Shown: positions 53,708-64,000 of the stretch, one piece after another
Layout: each line of letters opens with the position of its first letter
How positions within the stretch are numbered: position 1 is the stretch's first letter
Source: Sphagnum compactum
Taxonomy: Eukaryota
Direction: 5' to 3'
Assembly (NCBI GenBank): GCA_965153455.1
Contig: OZ234494.1
Location: 992,001-1,056,000, forward strand
Length of the DNA: 64,000 bases
Notes under the pieces: generated by a model
Told to the model about the DNA's origin: nothing
The model's database searches: none
The model's input: the letters and a program-made list of their open reading frames with translations, nothing else
Translations under genes and position numbers: made by a program

Positions 53708-55812
53708 ATCCTGAGTCACCAGCATACATAGCACAACAGTTCTCACTCTCATGTCGTAGAAGGTCAATCTCAAGAATATAATTCATTTGATTGCCTTGAT
53801 TGCTGCTAGGCTAATTACATCCCCCCAAAAGGAGAGGATGATGAAGAGAGAGACATAGCTAGAGGCCAAAACATAAGAGTAGTTACACAATGAATCGATC
53901 GATATAATACATTATTCTTTAGAAAGCTCAAAACAATTGGAAGCAACCCAGAATCCTCGTGTGGGTGATGGTACACATGCAAACAAACAAGTCATTTGTG
54001 TTGTTTACTAACATGCACTCACGCATTTGTTGAATCCATCAACTCTTCAATTAAATATTTTATCTTGAGAAGTGCATCCTAAAAGGAGCAAACTTGGAAG
54101 CCAGAGAGAGAGAGAGAGAGAGAGTGAGAGAGAATGATCCTTTACATGAATAAGCAAGTGGATTTATAAATTTTTAACCACAGCAATTGAGCCGAGGGCC
54201 CAAATCATGACTGACTTTCTTCTTAGAGTCTCTTGCCCCCAGAAAACAGTGATGAGGATATGATGGAGCACCTTCCTAATCACAACAGCTTGGCCCACAG
54301 GACTCCTCAATAATGAGTGAATCTCTCTAACCCATTTGGACTGATTTGTTGGCAGGACTAGTGGCTGACACTCACAAACTCAATGTTATAAGAAAAAAAA
54401 GTGCACAACAAATTTGATTCTCTTTAGGAGGATTTAGCCAGATCTGGCTATAAATCAGATATGAAGTACAAAAAATTTATTCAACCTTCTATATTTGTGG
54501 CTATACACACTGAAAACCAACTGTAAGAATCTGGTAACATATATGTATATACACACACACACATATATATATATATATTTCTCTGACTTATGGCAATGAA
54601 ATTTGGAAACCCTCCAAAGTAATTTCAGTTTTTGACATTTTTGAGATTTCATAAATAAATCTTGCTTCTCCAACTCCTCTCTCAACTGCCTTGCATTGCC
54701 TTCCATATATACAAGTGACTGATATAGAGCTCACCCCTGAAAAGGGGCAGAATAACCTCATGGTGGAAAGGTTGTTATTTACTAATAATGCCCACTAACA
54801 CATTTATTCTCTGGCTTTGGAAGTCCATTGTTAAGAAAAGGGCTAAACATTGTTGGTTTAACTTGAGATGCAGGCAGCAATGCCCACAATGACATTGCTG
54901 TGGTTTACATTTTTGCTTGAGGTGATAGCTGCCAAGCTTGCTTTCCCACCCATTTTGTGGATGCTTTTCTAACTGCTTTTCCTGAGCTTCACAGAATTCA
55001 ATGATTTGCCTGTCATACAAAGAGCCTAGCTGGCTGGCACAATCTTCAAAATCCAAAGTAGTGGGATTGTTTGTTTGTTTGTTTGTTTAGATTCATAAAC
55101 TCAATTCAATAGTTGTATATATTGGCGAGTAAGTTTTCTGTAAATTGCATGGTAGAGTTCAAGCCCGACCTTTTTCCACCCCAAGGTTGCAGGCATTACT
55201 GGAATAAGGGTCCATACAAGGCAAAGCCAGTCTAAGGCTGGTCTCATTCCAATAATGCCTGCAGCCATGGGTGTTACATGATGAAAAGATCAGCTGTTTT
55301 TAAATTTAAAAAGTTTCTCATGATACTGGGTGAATTAAAATGACATGAAGCATTTCAGAAAATGGGAATGCTTACAAGTGTGCGCATTTCGTTTTGCAAA
55401 ATGTCCTGGCAAGTTTTTTAATGCTCAGTAAGCATTGCTGCAAATACCGATACAAATCTTGTTAGAGGTTTTTACAATATACCAAATACATAACAAATCT
55501 TGTGAGAGGTTTTTACAATATATCGACCCAAGTGGTCACTCTAAAATACGTACACCCACTCAACATGGGTTTGAAACTGGTCTCTCTTAAATATGATATC
55601 CACCGGGGATTTTTTTATTTTCCTTCATTTGGGTGAGGTTGAAAAGTGACTACAGATGTCAAAGAAACAACAAATTTAGTTGAAATTGCACTAGAAACCT
55701 GCAAAAAAATTTCGAAAAAAAGTTGTCACCACAATGCACAAATTCTCACCAAAAAAAAAAGAAATGCTGATAACCATGCAGCACCGGTTTAAAACAGGTC
55801 TCTATTAAATAT

Positions 55813-56180
55813 GGTACCCACCCAACACCCATTTGAAGTTGGTCATTGAAAAATGTGATACCCACCCAACACCCATTTGAAGTTGGTCATTGGAAAATGT
55901 GATACCCACCCGACACCCATTTGAAGTTGGTCATTGGAAAATGTGATACCCACCCAACACCCATTTGAAGCCGGTCATTGAAAAATGTGATACCCACCCA
56001 ACACCCATTTGAAGTTGGTCATTGAAAAATGTGATACCCACCCAACACCCATTTGAAGCTGGTCATTGAAAAATGTGATACCCACCCAACACCCATTTGA
56101 ATCTGCTCATTGAAAAAATGATACCCACCTAACACAACATGGGATTGCAACTGGACTCTATGAAATGTGATACTCACATC
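55813..56180. repeat. 44-bp minisatellite, 7 near-perfect units plus degenerate flanking units
   Basis: Unit GATACCCACCCAACACCCATTTGAAGTTGGTCATTGAAAAATGT starts at 55813, 55857, 55901, 55945, 55989, 56033, 56077 and (degenerate) 56120. Related degenerate copies at ~55550 and ~56169. Confidence 0.95.
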
Positions 56181-57849
56181 AACACTGGTTTGAACGGTGT
56201 CTGAAAAAGCACCTCAAGCAATTCCAGCCATGTTTCGACAATTTTACTGTGCTGATCGAGTAGGACAGCCAGTTGGTTATGTATGGGCATGTTGACAATT
56301 TCATCAAAGCGAGTTCTGAATTGCTTAACCGCATGTAATAAATCCCACTGACTGTAAAGTGAGATAGTTGACTACTGCTGGTACAGGTTCTACACAAATA
56401 ATGCCGAATTGAGAATCAGGAGGTAAGTAGTATCATCCCAATTAAAAGAATGTTGTGTGTTGTGGCATCTGCTTGCTCTTGGTAGCTATCTCATTGGTAC
56501 TTCATCTGACTAACTACCCAGTACTCAATAGTCCAAGAACACAAGCAATCAGCTGGTGATCATCAAACACATGATAATACTCCCATAAAGACCTTCTACA
56601 TCTGTTGCTATAAGGTCAAATGTAGATGGTCAATGCAACCCACACTGTTGTAATATACAGATCCAGATTCCAGAGGTAGCCTTCTTCTGACTTGTGGTTG
56701 CCCAATCACACCATGTAGCTGACAATAAAAATGTCCCTTGTGAATTTTTAGTTTAGAGTTTCTCAAAAGAGGACCTAGTGTATTGTGCGTGTGTCTATGG
56801 TGTGTATGATGTGTGAGGGAGAGAGAATTATATGAGGCAAACTTTATCATAAGCCTAAACATATGGAGATCATGAGGCGATAAGAGTAGGTGGATCTTAC
56901 ACCTGCTAAATAAGGTTCCTCCTGCTCCCAAGTTGTAGGTGTAAGGATCCCTTCTCATGACTAGGAGGGGGTATTCACAAGTGCAAGGGGTCCTCCAAAT
57001 ATACTAGGAGATTTTTTCGAGTGCTTGACATGTTAGATAAGGCCCTAAGGTGATGGCATTCTCAAAATAAGGGGCCTAGGTGAGACTTTAGTCAAGCCCT
57101 ATCCCACATTTTGAAAATGTCTCTGCTCATGGGAAGTTTATGCTTTACTTGGTGTGAAGCATAAGGTGGGACTTATTTACGAGGTGAGTCTCTTTAGGAA
57201 AATCATGAAGTAATCATGATTCCTTACTAAGGCGGTGCTTGTATTAAGTTCTTCTGAGATTGTCTCTTTGTAAGGAAGGGGAGCCCTTACATCTTCAAGG
57301 AGACAAATCTTGCAGAATATAAGGAGGCCTCTTCCACTAGCTAAGGTGGAATTGTTCAACTTATTTATTCAATAAGGGAATTTTCTTTGGCTAGCATAGG
57401 CTCATTGGATCAGTACCAAACCCCTTCAAACACAATGGTGATGAAAAAAAGAAAGAGGCTGGGAGAAGGTAGTCTTTGTTTTAGCAACTAGTGACATAAA
57501 CGTGGTAGTTACATCCTGTACATGAGAACAAACACAAGGATCATCCTCGTATCTTGGTTGACAATTTCTTCATAATTTGTTGCGTGATACTGTTGTTTTT
57601 GTTTGTTGGAAATGCTATGCTCTTATTTCCAATATCAGCATGACACACTCATTAGAGAAGAATTGATCTATACAAAAAGAATTCTGATCCAGCTGTTGCA
57701 CATGTTATTAAACTCACGAATAAAAACACCAGGCTACAATCCAGGGCTTACAAGTTACAAGAACTCTTGCCCTTTGGAAATTTTCATCAGCTTTAAACCT
57801 TCAAATATGCAATGCCTGTGCATTCAAGTCCACCTCTATCACAGAGTTT

Positions 57850-58020
57850 ATGTCATGTTAGGCATTCATGTGGGTCTGGTTTCCTCCTGTGGGGATAGTT
57901 TTGTGTCATGTTAGGTGTTCATGTGGGGATGTAGATTATGGAGTATTGTGTCATGCTAGGCATTCATGTGGGTATGTAGATCATGGAGTTTTGTGTCATG
58001 TTAAGCATTCATTTGGGGCA
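57850..58020. repeat. ~45-53 bp tandem repeat, ~4 units
   Basis: GTCATG(T/C)TA(G/A)G(C/T)(A/G)TTCAT(G/T)TGGG recurs at ~57852, 57905, 57949 and 57995. Confidence 0.8.
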
Positions 58021-58666
58021 TTTTTATCACTGAGTTTGTGTTGTGTTATATATATATAACTTGGCATTCTTATGCAAAATAATGTGAAGTGGGTTAATTA
58101 GCAGTCTAAATGCTTGTCTAATTTGTCCTTCAGTTTCCAGATTCTTTTATTTATTTTGGGTTACATTTTGCAATGGGAAAATAAATGATGCAAATTGGGT
58201 TAATTAAAATTTTAAATACTTTTGATTTGTTTTCGAGCTTCTTCTTTTTTCCCTTTTTTTTTTCATTTCATATGGATAAAAATAACAAGTAGCTCAATGT
58301 GTAATGACTTTTGTCCTTAATGGCAGGTTCAAAACTTCAAACTCAAAAACTTCCCTTACATACAGGATCTCAAACTTCTCATATACTAAATGCATCATGC
58401 ACTGTTATGGAACATACCCATCCATCATCATATGTACACATAGCACTACACTTTCAGCTATCACTCACCCACTGGGTGAAAAAGTTTGGGCAAATGATTT
58501 TTTTTGGCCCTAACACCAATGTCATAAAACAGTCTCCTCTCTAGGGGCAACAGAGCTTGTTTTTAGACCCTTTTTTTATTTTAATCTACTTTCCTTTCCA
58601 TCATTTAGAGCTCACTTTCCATCATTTAGTAGAGCTCTAAATGATGGAAAGTAAAGTAAATAAAAA

Positions 58667-59192
58667 GGGTCTAAAAATTTGGTTTCTTTTTGTTTGTCTT
58701 CCAGCCAATTTTAAGTGTTTCCCTCTATAACAATAAATAGTTTGAACCCCGTGCCTAATGCACAGGTGTGTTATTTCAACAATGTTTGGTTCATGTTTTA
58801 GTTTTTTTAAAAAACTTTTATCTTTTTTATTTTTTATGTGTTTTCTGTTTTCATTATTATTTTGTATAATAAAAATAAAGTGTTTCTTTTTCACTTTTGT
58901 ATTTTTGTTTATTTGGATGCAAGTTTGAAGTTTGGAGAAAGAAGACACACCTCATTTTTTTTCAAGTAGGGTTTTTCTTCATTATTATGAGTTTTTATTT
59001 TTTCTTATTTTCTACTCTTTATTTGGTTTCTTCTTTCTTGTAATTTTTTTCTTTTAAAATGATTTTACTGTATTTCCCTTTGCTTGTTTCATTTGTTTCC
59101 ATTCCTTTTTTATAGTTTTTAGGGTCTAAAAATTTGGTTTCTTTTTGTTTGTCTTCCAGCCAATTTTAATTTGTTTCCCTCTATAATAATAA
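58667..59192. repeat. ~70-bp direct repeats flanking a ~380-bp T-rich segment
   Basis: AGGGTCTAAAAATTTGGTTTCTTTTTGTTTGTCTTCCAGCCAATTTTAA..TGTTTCCCTCTATAA at ~58667 and ~59120. Confidence 0.85.
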
Positions 59193-59990
59193 TAACCCCA
59201 CCAGCTGTACTTAGTACTTACTAGTGGAATCTTATTAGGTCATGTACAATTAATTACTGCTTTCATATAAGCACAAACAAAAACCCACATTAATTATTGT
59301 TGATGGTACCTAATAAGATGGTGATGAGGATGATGATGATGATGATGATGATGATAATTATGATTATGAGCTGTTGTTGCTACTAGTACCTACATACTAC
59401 TTTTCCTTCTTCTTCTCCCAAACTTTACTTTGCTCACCTTCTTCATCACAGCTTTATGTTCTTCCTAAGATTGTGTTGTTGTTGTTGTTGTTGTTGTAAC
59501 TACAAACAGAATTGGGTGTTTGTTGTTTTTTGTTTTTTTGGTAACCAGACTGCACACACAAAACTGGAGCAGCAACTATAGAAGAAGAAGTACAAACAGA
59601 AATGGGTGTTGTTGCTGTTGTTGTTGTTGTTGTTGCAGCAGCAGCAGAACTTCTTTCTTTCTTATGTTTGTGAGTATTTTTTTGGTTTTTTTGGGTTTGT
59701 GTTTGTGGACTTTGAATGAGTTATGTTTGTGCTGGACTTTTGTTTTGGTGGCCAGCTCCTCGGAGTTGAATCTCTCGGGCTTTGTGCGGCACAGAGTTCA
59801 GCAGTGTTGACGTCGCAGAAGCAGCAGCAGCAGCTCCTCGGGAAGAAACCTGCAGGTGAATGAGAGAAGAAGAAGAAGAAGAAGAAGAAGAAGAAGAAGA
59901 AGAAGAAGAAGCTCCAAGTTGCTGCTGTTGCTGCTGCTTGGAAAGCAGTACAATAGCAGCTTATCTTCAATCTCAGATACTGCATGATCA

Positions 59991-61787
59991 ATGGGTATTT
60001 CATGTAAAGCCGATACTAGTTCTGGTCTCGCAGCAGCTTTCAATAGCAGCTCGACAGCGGCAGCTTCATCAGAGCGGCGTGGGAGGCCCGGGAACATGAA
60101 AACCGCGAAGCTGGAGTTGTTCAAGTACAAGGATCTGGAAGAAGCAACGGGAGGGTTTGCGGAAGAGAATCTGATAGGCAAGTCCAGGCATGGCGAGCTC
60201 TATGAGGGAAGATTGCGCGACGGAAGGCTAGTGACGGTGAAGAGACCATCGTCGCTTGCAGGACAACGCGGCTGGTGGCAGCAAGATCATGACGACGCAT
60301 TCGAGAACGAAGTGGACATTCTCACCAAAGTCTTCAGCCGACGCCTGGTGAACTTGCTCGGCTACAGCCAAGATGCAGGAAAGGTGAAGCTCCTTGTCGT
60401 GGAATTCATGGAGAACTCGAGCTTGCATTCACAGCTTCGAGGAGCTGCCGGAACTGCTGTGAACACGGCGGAAGATGATGTTAGCAGCAGCAGCAGCACA
60501 TCGAGCTGCACCACGTTGAGTTGGCCTCTTCGTGTCCATCTCGCTCTTCAGACGGCGAAAGCGCTTCGTGCTCTTCACTCTTCTTCTCCTCCGATTGTGC
60601 ACCGCGACATACGAGCCATGAATGTGTTCATCGATCGGAACTGGAATGCAAGGCTCGGGGAGTTTGGACTCGCGCGGCATCATGTCCAAGACAGGAGGTC
60701 ATGTGCTGCTGCTGCAACTCCTGCGAGGAAGAGCAATCTGTCTTCGATACCTGAGACTAGCGAGCCTGAAACCGAAGCTGCAGCAGCTCCGGCGCTCATC
60801 AATCCCGAGACGGATGTGTTGAGCTTCGGTGTGCTCTTGTTGGAGATCATCAGTGGGAAAAACGCGATGTCGTTGAATGCAGACTGCAGTTTATACAGTC
60901 TTGTGGAGTGGGCGTTGCCGCTGATCAAGCAAGGAAACGCTTTGGCCATTTGCGATCCGAGAATCAAGCTTCCCTTGTGTGCCACGGCTTTGAAGCACAT
61001 GGCCGCCATCGCTGTTCGCTGTTTGCGACCAAGTGCAGGATCCAGGCAACCCACCATGACGGAAGTGGTGGAAGTTCTCACCAAGGTCAGCAAGCTCATC
61101 CCTCTGCCACTATGGAATGGACAAACTACGAGAGTGATCAACAAGTCGTCTTCGTCGTCGTCTTCTTCTCCCAGCTGCACCCAGCAGCAGCTTGATCAAC
61201 AGGCGGCTCAACCCAGCAGCAGCTGCTTCCTCATGTCGCTGGACAGTCACGCCATGAATTGCAGAATCGGAAGACTCATCAGATTACCCATGTGGCTCGG
61301 ATTCTTGCAAACCAACAAGAAGAAGTCTAAGAAAAGTAAGAAGTCGAAGACGTTGTCGAAGCAGGAGCTGCCGACGACATCCTGCAAGACCGCCACGAAG
61401 CAATCTTTCGTGATGGGACTTGGCAAGTCGATCTCTAGCACGTTCAGCAAGAAGCTTGTGCTCATGTCCAAGACTGCAAATCAGGCGAAGCAGGCTGCTG
61501 CTCGCGGTGTGAAGCGTGCAAAAGTCTCAGACGATCAGCTGCAGCAGCGGCCAACTTCGTCCAAACAACGGCTACCAGCAGCTACTACTGCAACAAATCC
61601 TGTTGCTGCTGCAATTCCTCCTCCTCCTCTTGGGCGTGTTTCAGCTGCTGCTGATTCTGATTCTGTGAGCAATCGCAAACCTCTTGAAGCTAACACGAAT
61701 TCAGGAAGCTTGACAATAGCAAGGCATCATCATCGACGTCGACAACGCAGCCAGTTGAGTAGCACTAGGAAGCAGCAGCTGCACTAG
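59991..61787 (+). CDS. Intronless receptor-like cytoplasmic Ser/Thr kinase-like protein (resembles the At3g51990/At1g28390 group), predicted pseudokinase, 598 aa
   Basis: Single ORF with FKYKDLEEATGGF, VTVKR, FENEVDIL, LVNLLGY, WPLRVHLALQTAKALRALHSSSPPIVHRDI, NARLGEFGLAR, TDVLSFGVLLLEIISG, LVEWALPLI. The N-terminus MGISCKA resembles the MGYLSC start of this subfamily (recalled, not searched). Long basic low-complexity C-terminal tail. Confidence 0.88.
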   Translation: MGISCKADTSSGLAAAFNSSSTAAASSERRGRPGNMKTAKLELFKYKDLEEATGGFAEENLIGKSRHGELYEGRLRDGRLVTVKRPSSLAGQRGWWQQDHDDAFENEVDILTKVFSRRLVNLLGYSQDAGKVKLLVVEFMENSSLHSQLRGAAGTAVNTAEDDVSSSSSTSSCTTLSWPLRVHLALQTAKALRALHSSSPPIVHRDIRAMNVFIDRNWNARLGEFGLARHHVQDRRSCAAAATPARKSNLSSIPETSEPETEAAAAPALINPETDVLSFGVLLLEIISGKNAMSLNADCSLYSLVEWALPLIKQGNALAICDPRIKLPLCATALKHMAAIAVRCLRPSAGSRQPTMTEVVEVLTKVSKLIPLPLWNGQTTRVINKSSSSSSSSPSCTQQQLDQQAAQPSSSCFLMSLDSHAMNCRIGRLIRLPMWLGFLQTNKKKSKKSKKSKTLSKQELPTTSCKTATKQSFVMGLGKSISSTFSKKLVLMSKTANQAKQAAARGVKRAKVSDDQLQQRPTSSKQRLPAATTATNPVAAAIPPPPLGRVSAAADSDSVSNRKPLEANTNSGSLTIARHHHRRRQRSQLSSTRKQQLH

Positions 61788-61944
61788 CAACTTGTGATGA
61801 AGAAGTCTGACATCAGTGCGCACAGACAGACACACAGACTGTGGAGTAGATACATGTTCATGTGCAGTTGTAAATATACTAGAGAGAAAAATGGAGTGGC
61901 TGGCTTTTGTGTGACTGCCAGGAATGTTAGCTGCAAGATTAGAG

Positions 61945-62245
61945 CTCTACAGCAGGGAGCTCAAGATCAAGGTTCTTGTGAAGAAATTAAAACGCTTGGA
62001 TCAGGGATTGAAATCTGCTGCAAATCTACTACAGGGAGCTTGAGATCAAGGTTCTTGTGAAGAAAAGACCAGTGCAGTGGAGGATTGAAATCTGCTGCAA
62101 ATCTATTACAGGGCGTAAGAAGTTTTTTTTTTTTTCTGAGGCAGAAATCTCCTTGCAATGGAGGATTGAAATCTGCTGCAAATCTACTTACCACAGGGAG
62201 CTTATGAAGGTCCTTGTGAAGAAGAAACCCTTGCAATGGAGGATA
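61945..62245. repeat. ~78-bp tandem repeat (~4 units) in the probable 3' UTR of the kinase-like gene
   Basis: GGATTGAAATCTGCTGCAAATCTA at 62005, 62082 and 62163; CAGGGAGCT..AAGGT(T/C)CTTGTGAAGAA also recurs. Confidence 0.85.
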
Positions 62246-62961
62246 GAGACTTTATGGGTTAGTCTGCTGCAAAACCCTTTTTGTAGCTTAGAAATTACAT
62301 GCATAGATGCTGCTGCTTCTTCTTCTTAGCAATGATATCTATGTTTACTATACTCATAGCCAAGCACTGCCAAGTAACATAGTTTTGCCATTTGAGAAAT
62401 TGGATCAGATCCTTGGACACAGTTCAAAGTGTGATTACCAGTTTAAAATGTATAATGGTGTCAACTAACATGATTGACCTGTTGAGAGAGAACGTCTGTA
62501 GCTGCTTGATGGTGTTGCTGTTTCCTGCATCTGCAATCTATATAAGCTTCAGCTCTTTGCATCATCAGCTCTTTTGCATAACAGCAAAATCACTCTAACA
62601 ACAGAAATTTAGGACATTCAGGGTCACAGTTACAAGATTTCCTTGGCACCCAGTACTCACTGTCACCAACCAAGTGACATATAACTTACAATTGCTATTC
62701 CCCTACAATTGTGACAGGCTATCTGCAGTCTCTCTCTTCCCACAGATTTCCTTATGGCAACCATTACCATCATCATCTACTGATTGACATACAAAACTTG
62801 TTTCTGTGTCAACCGATCATGCGTCATCTACCGTCGAGTATGCCAAGAACTTTTTTTGAGTTCTTTTTTCCATGGGAACAAATCCACCATAGAAAATAGT
62901 ATGGCAAACATAAGCAAAACCTCACCTTCAACCAAAAGAAACAAATGTACAACAACGATAT

Positions 62962-63167
62962 CTATGAGATATAGATATCTACAATAAAAATACTCCACAA
63001 TAACACCTTGAAGATAACTGTTGAGTGAGATCCAGCAAAACCAAGGATTAAATGCAGTCATACACATTATGATTACTGCTCATAAAGTATCATACCATCA
63101 CCTTCATCATGAATAGCAGTATGAGTAGCTGCCGCCATTAGTTCTTCCCCCACTGACTTAGTCAGCT
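62962..63167 (-). other. Possible terminal exons of a minus-strand gene that extends beyond the window
   Basis: AG...GT-bounded 72-nt segment 63167-63096 reads ELTKSVGEELMAAATHTAIHDEGD, and a phase-compatible acceptor at ~62979 gives DIYIS*. Other donor/acceptor-like sites lie up to 63900. No family recognised. Confidence 0.3.
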
Positions 63168-64000
63168 CTGGAAGAGTGGGTGTACATAAAGAGCATTATA
63201 ATCTGCACAAAATTTCCAGCAAATAGTGAAACAAAAATCTGTGTGCTGAGTTCCTGTTGCATTTCTAGAAGCAACATGTTGGCTACCACACAAGAGACAT
63301 GACAAATAATTATCAAAACAGTCAATTCTCATTTTAAACTGCATAGCACCAGCCTATATTGAAAACACTCAGCAAACAACTTTGCTCTGAACACATAAGA
63401 CTGTTCAACAGGAGTGACAAAGAAAGCATTAAACAGTGAAGAAAAACACAAAAGACCAAAAGAACCTTCAGTAGGCACTCTCTCTTACTCAACTCTCCCT
63501 CACTCACCATCAACAGGTAGTTTCAATATGTGGAACCAGAAGAACTACTGAGCAGTCCATATCAATAACACAATAATTCCAATCCTACAGGACTTGATCA
63601 CAATATAATTCACTCATAAATGATGTACAGAGGTTAGCTGTAGCATATGCCTGCCACAAGCAGGTTCCCACTACACACAACATAGAAAGATCATCACATC
63701 AAATCATTTGATTGAACCTTAGTAAGGACTACATACAACCAGTCAAACTCCAGAATCCTGGAAGTGAAGCAGAATGCAAAAAGATATAACTGGAAAAGAG
63801 TGCATCCACATATTTTTCCTTTCCAGTCATCCCTTACAACTAAGTAAATTGCAGTGATACAGTAAAGTCTGTAATTAAACAATTTTCTTTCTGGTGCAAA
63901 ATTGCACACTTGGATGGAATTTGTCCCTTAGCAGACACAAAGGAAAACAAACAATAAGAAGCCTTACTATCCTAACAGGCCAGCACATGCTGAAATTCCT

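Noticed and set aside
54620..55056. Short coding-like minus ORFs (MEGNARQLREE.., DFEDCASQLG..)
   Set aside because: No family recognised and no consistent exon chain could be built.
55813..56180. CRISPR-like regular array
   Set aside because: Units are contiguous and near-identical with no unique spacers, there are no cas genes, and the context is eukaryotic; it is a minisatellite.
56885..56960. ~15-bp stem-loop (GGATCTTACACCTGC / GTAGGTGTAAGGATCC)
   Set aside because: The stem is too short for a miRNA precursor and could be chance or a TE remnant.

Overview
Eukaryotic nuclear DNA from a land plant: AT-rich, with GT-AG introns, TTTAGGG-type telomere motifs and many microsatellites. It is most likely a bryophyte such as Sphagnum; this is inferred from gene content and repeat style, not from a search. 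Four intact genes can be reconstructed. (1) A 12-exon vacuolar sorting receptor (VSR/BP-80; minus, 7693-13190). (2) A 7-exon bacterial-type GH63 mannosylglycerate/glucosylglycerate hydrolase (minus, 16117-19278). (3) A 7-exon RING + pseudokinase + WD40 protein (minus, 28933-33142). (4) An intronless cytoplasmic receptor-like pseudokinase (plus, 59991-61787). The intergenic DNA holds many decayed transposons: an L1-like ORF1, a hAT transposase, a PIF/Harbinger transposase with a possible Myb partner, and a CRE-type non-LTR element. It also holds non-autonomous elements with recognisable ends (CACTA with a 3-bp TSD, a hAT MITE with an 8-bp TSD, a Helitron), an ERdj3B/DnaJ pseudogene, minisatellites, a foldback repeat and several hairpins. 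I found no prokaryote-style system (CRISPR, rRNA or tRNA). The best leads are the intronised GH63 hydrolase with an added N-terminal segment carrying two SnRK1-type motifs, the two predicted pseudokinases, and two miRNA-like hairpins. All exon boundaries were read by eye and are predictions.
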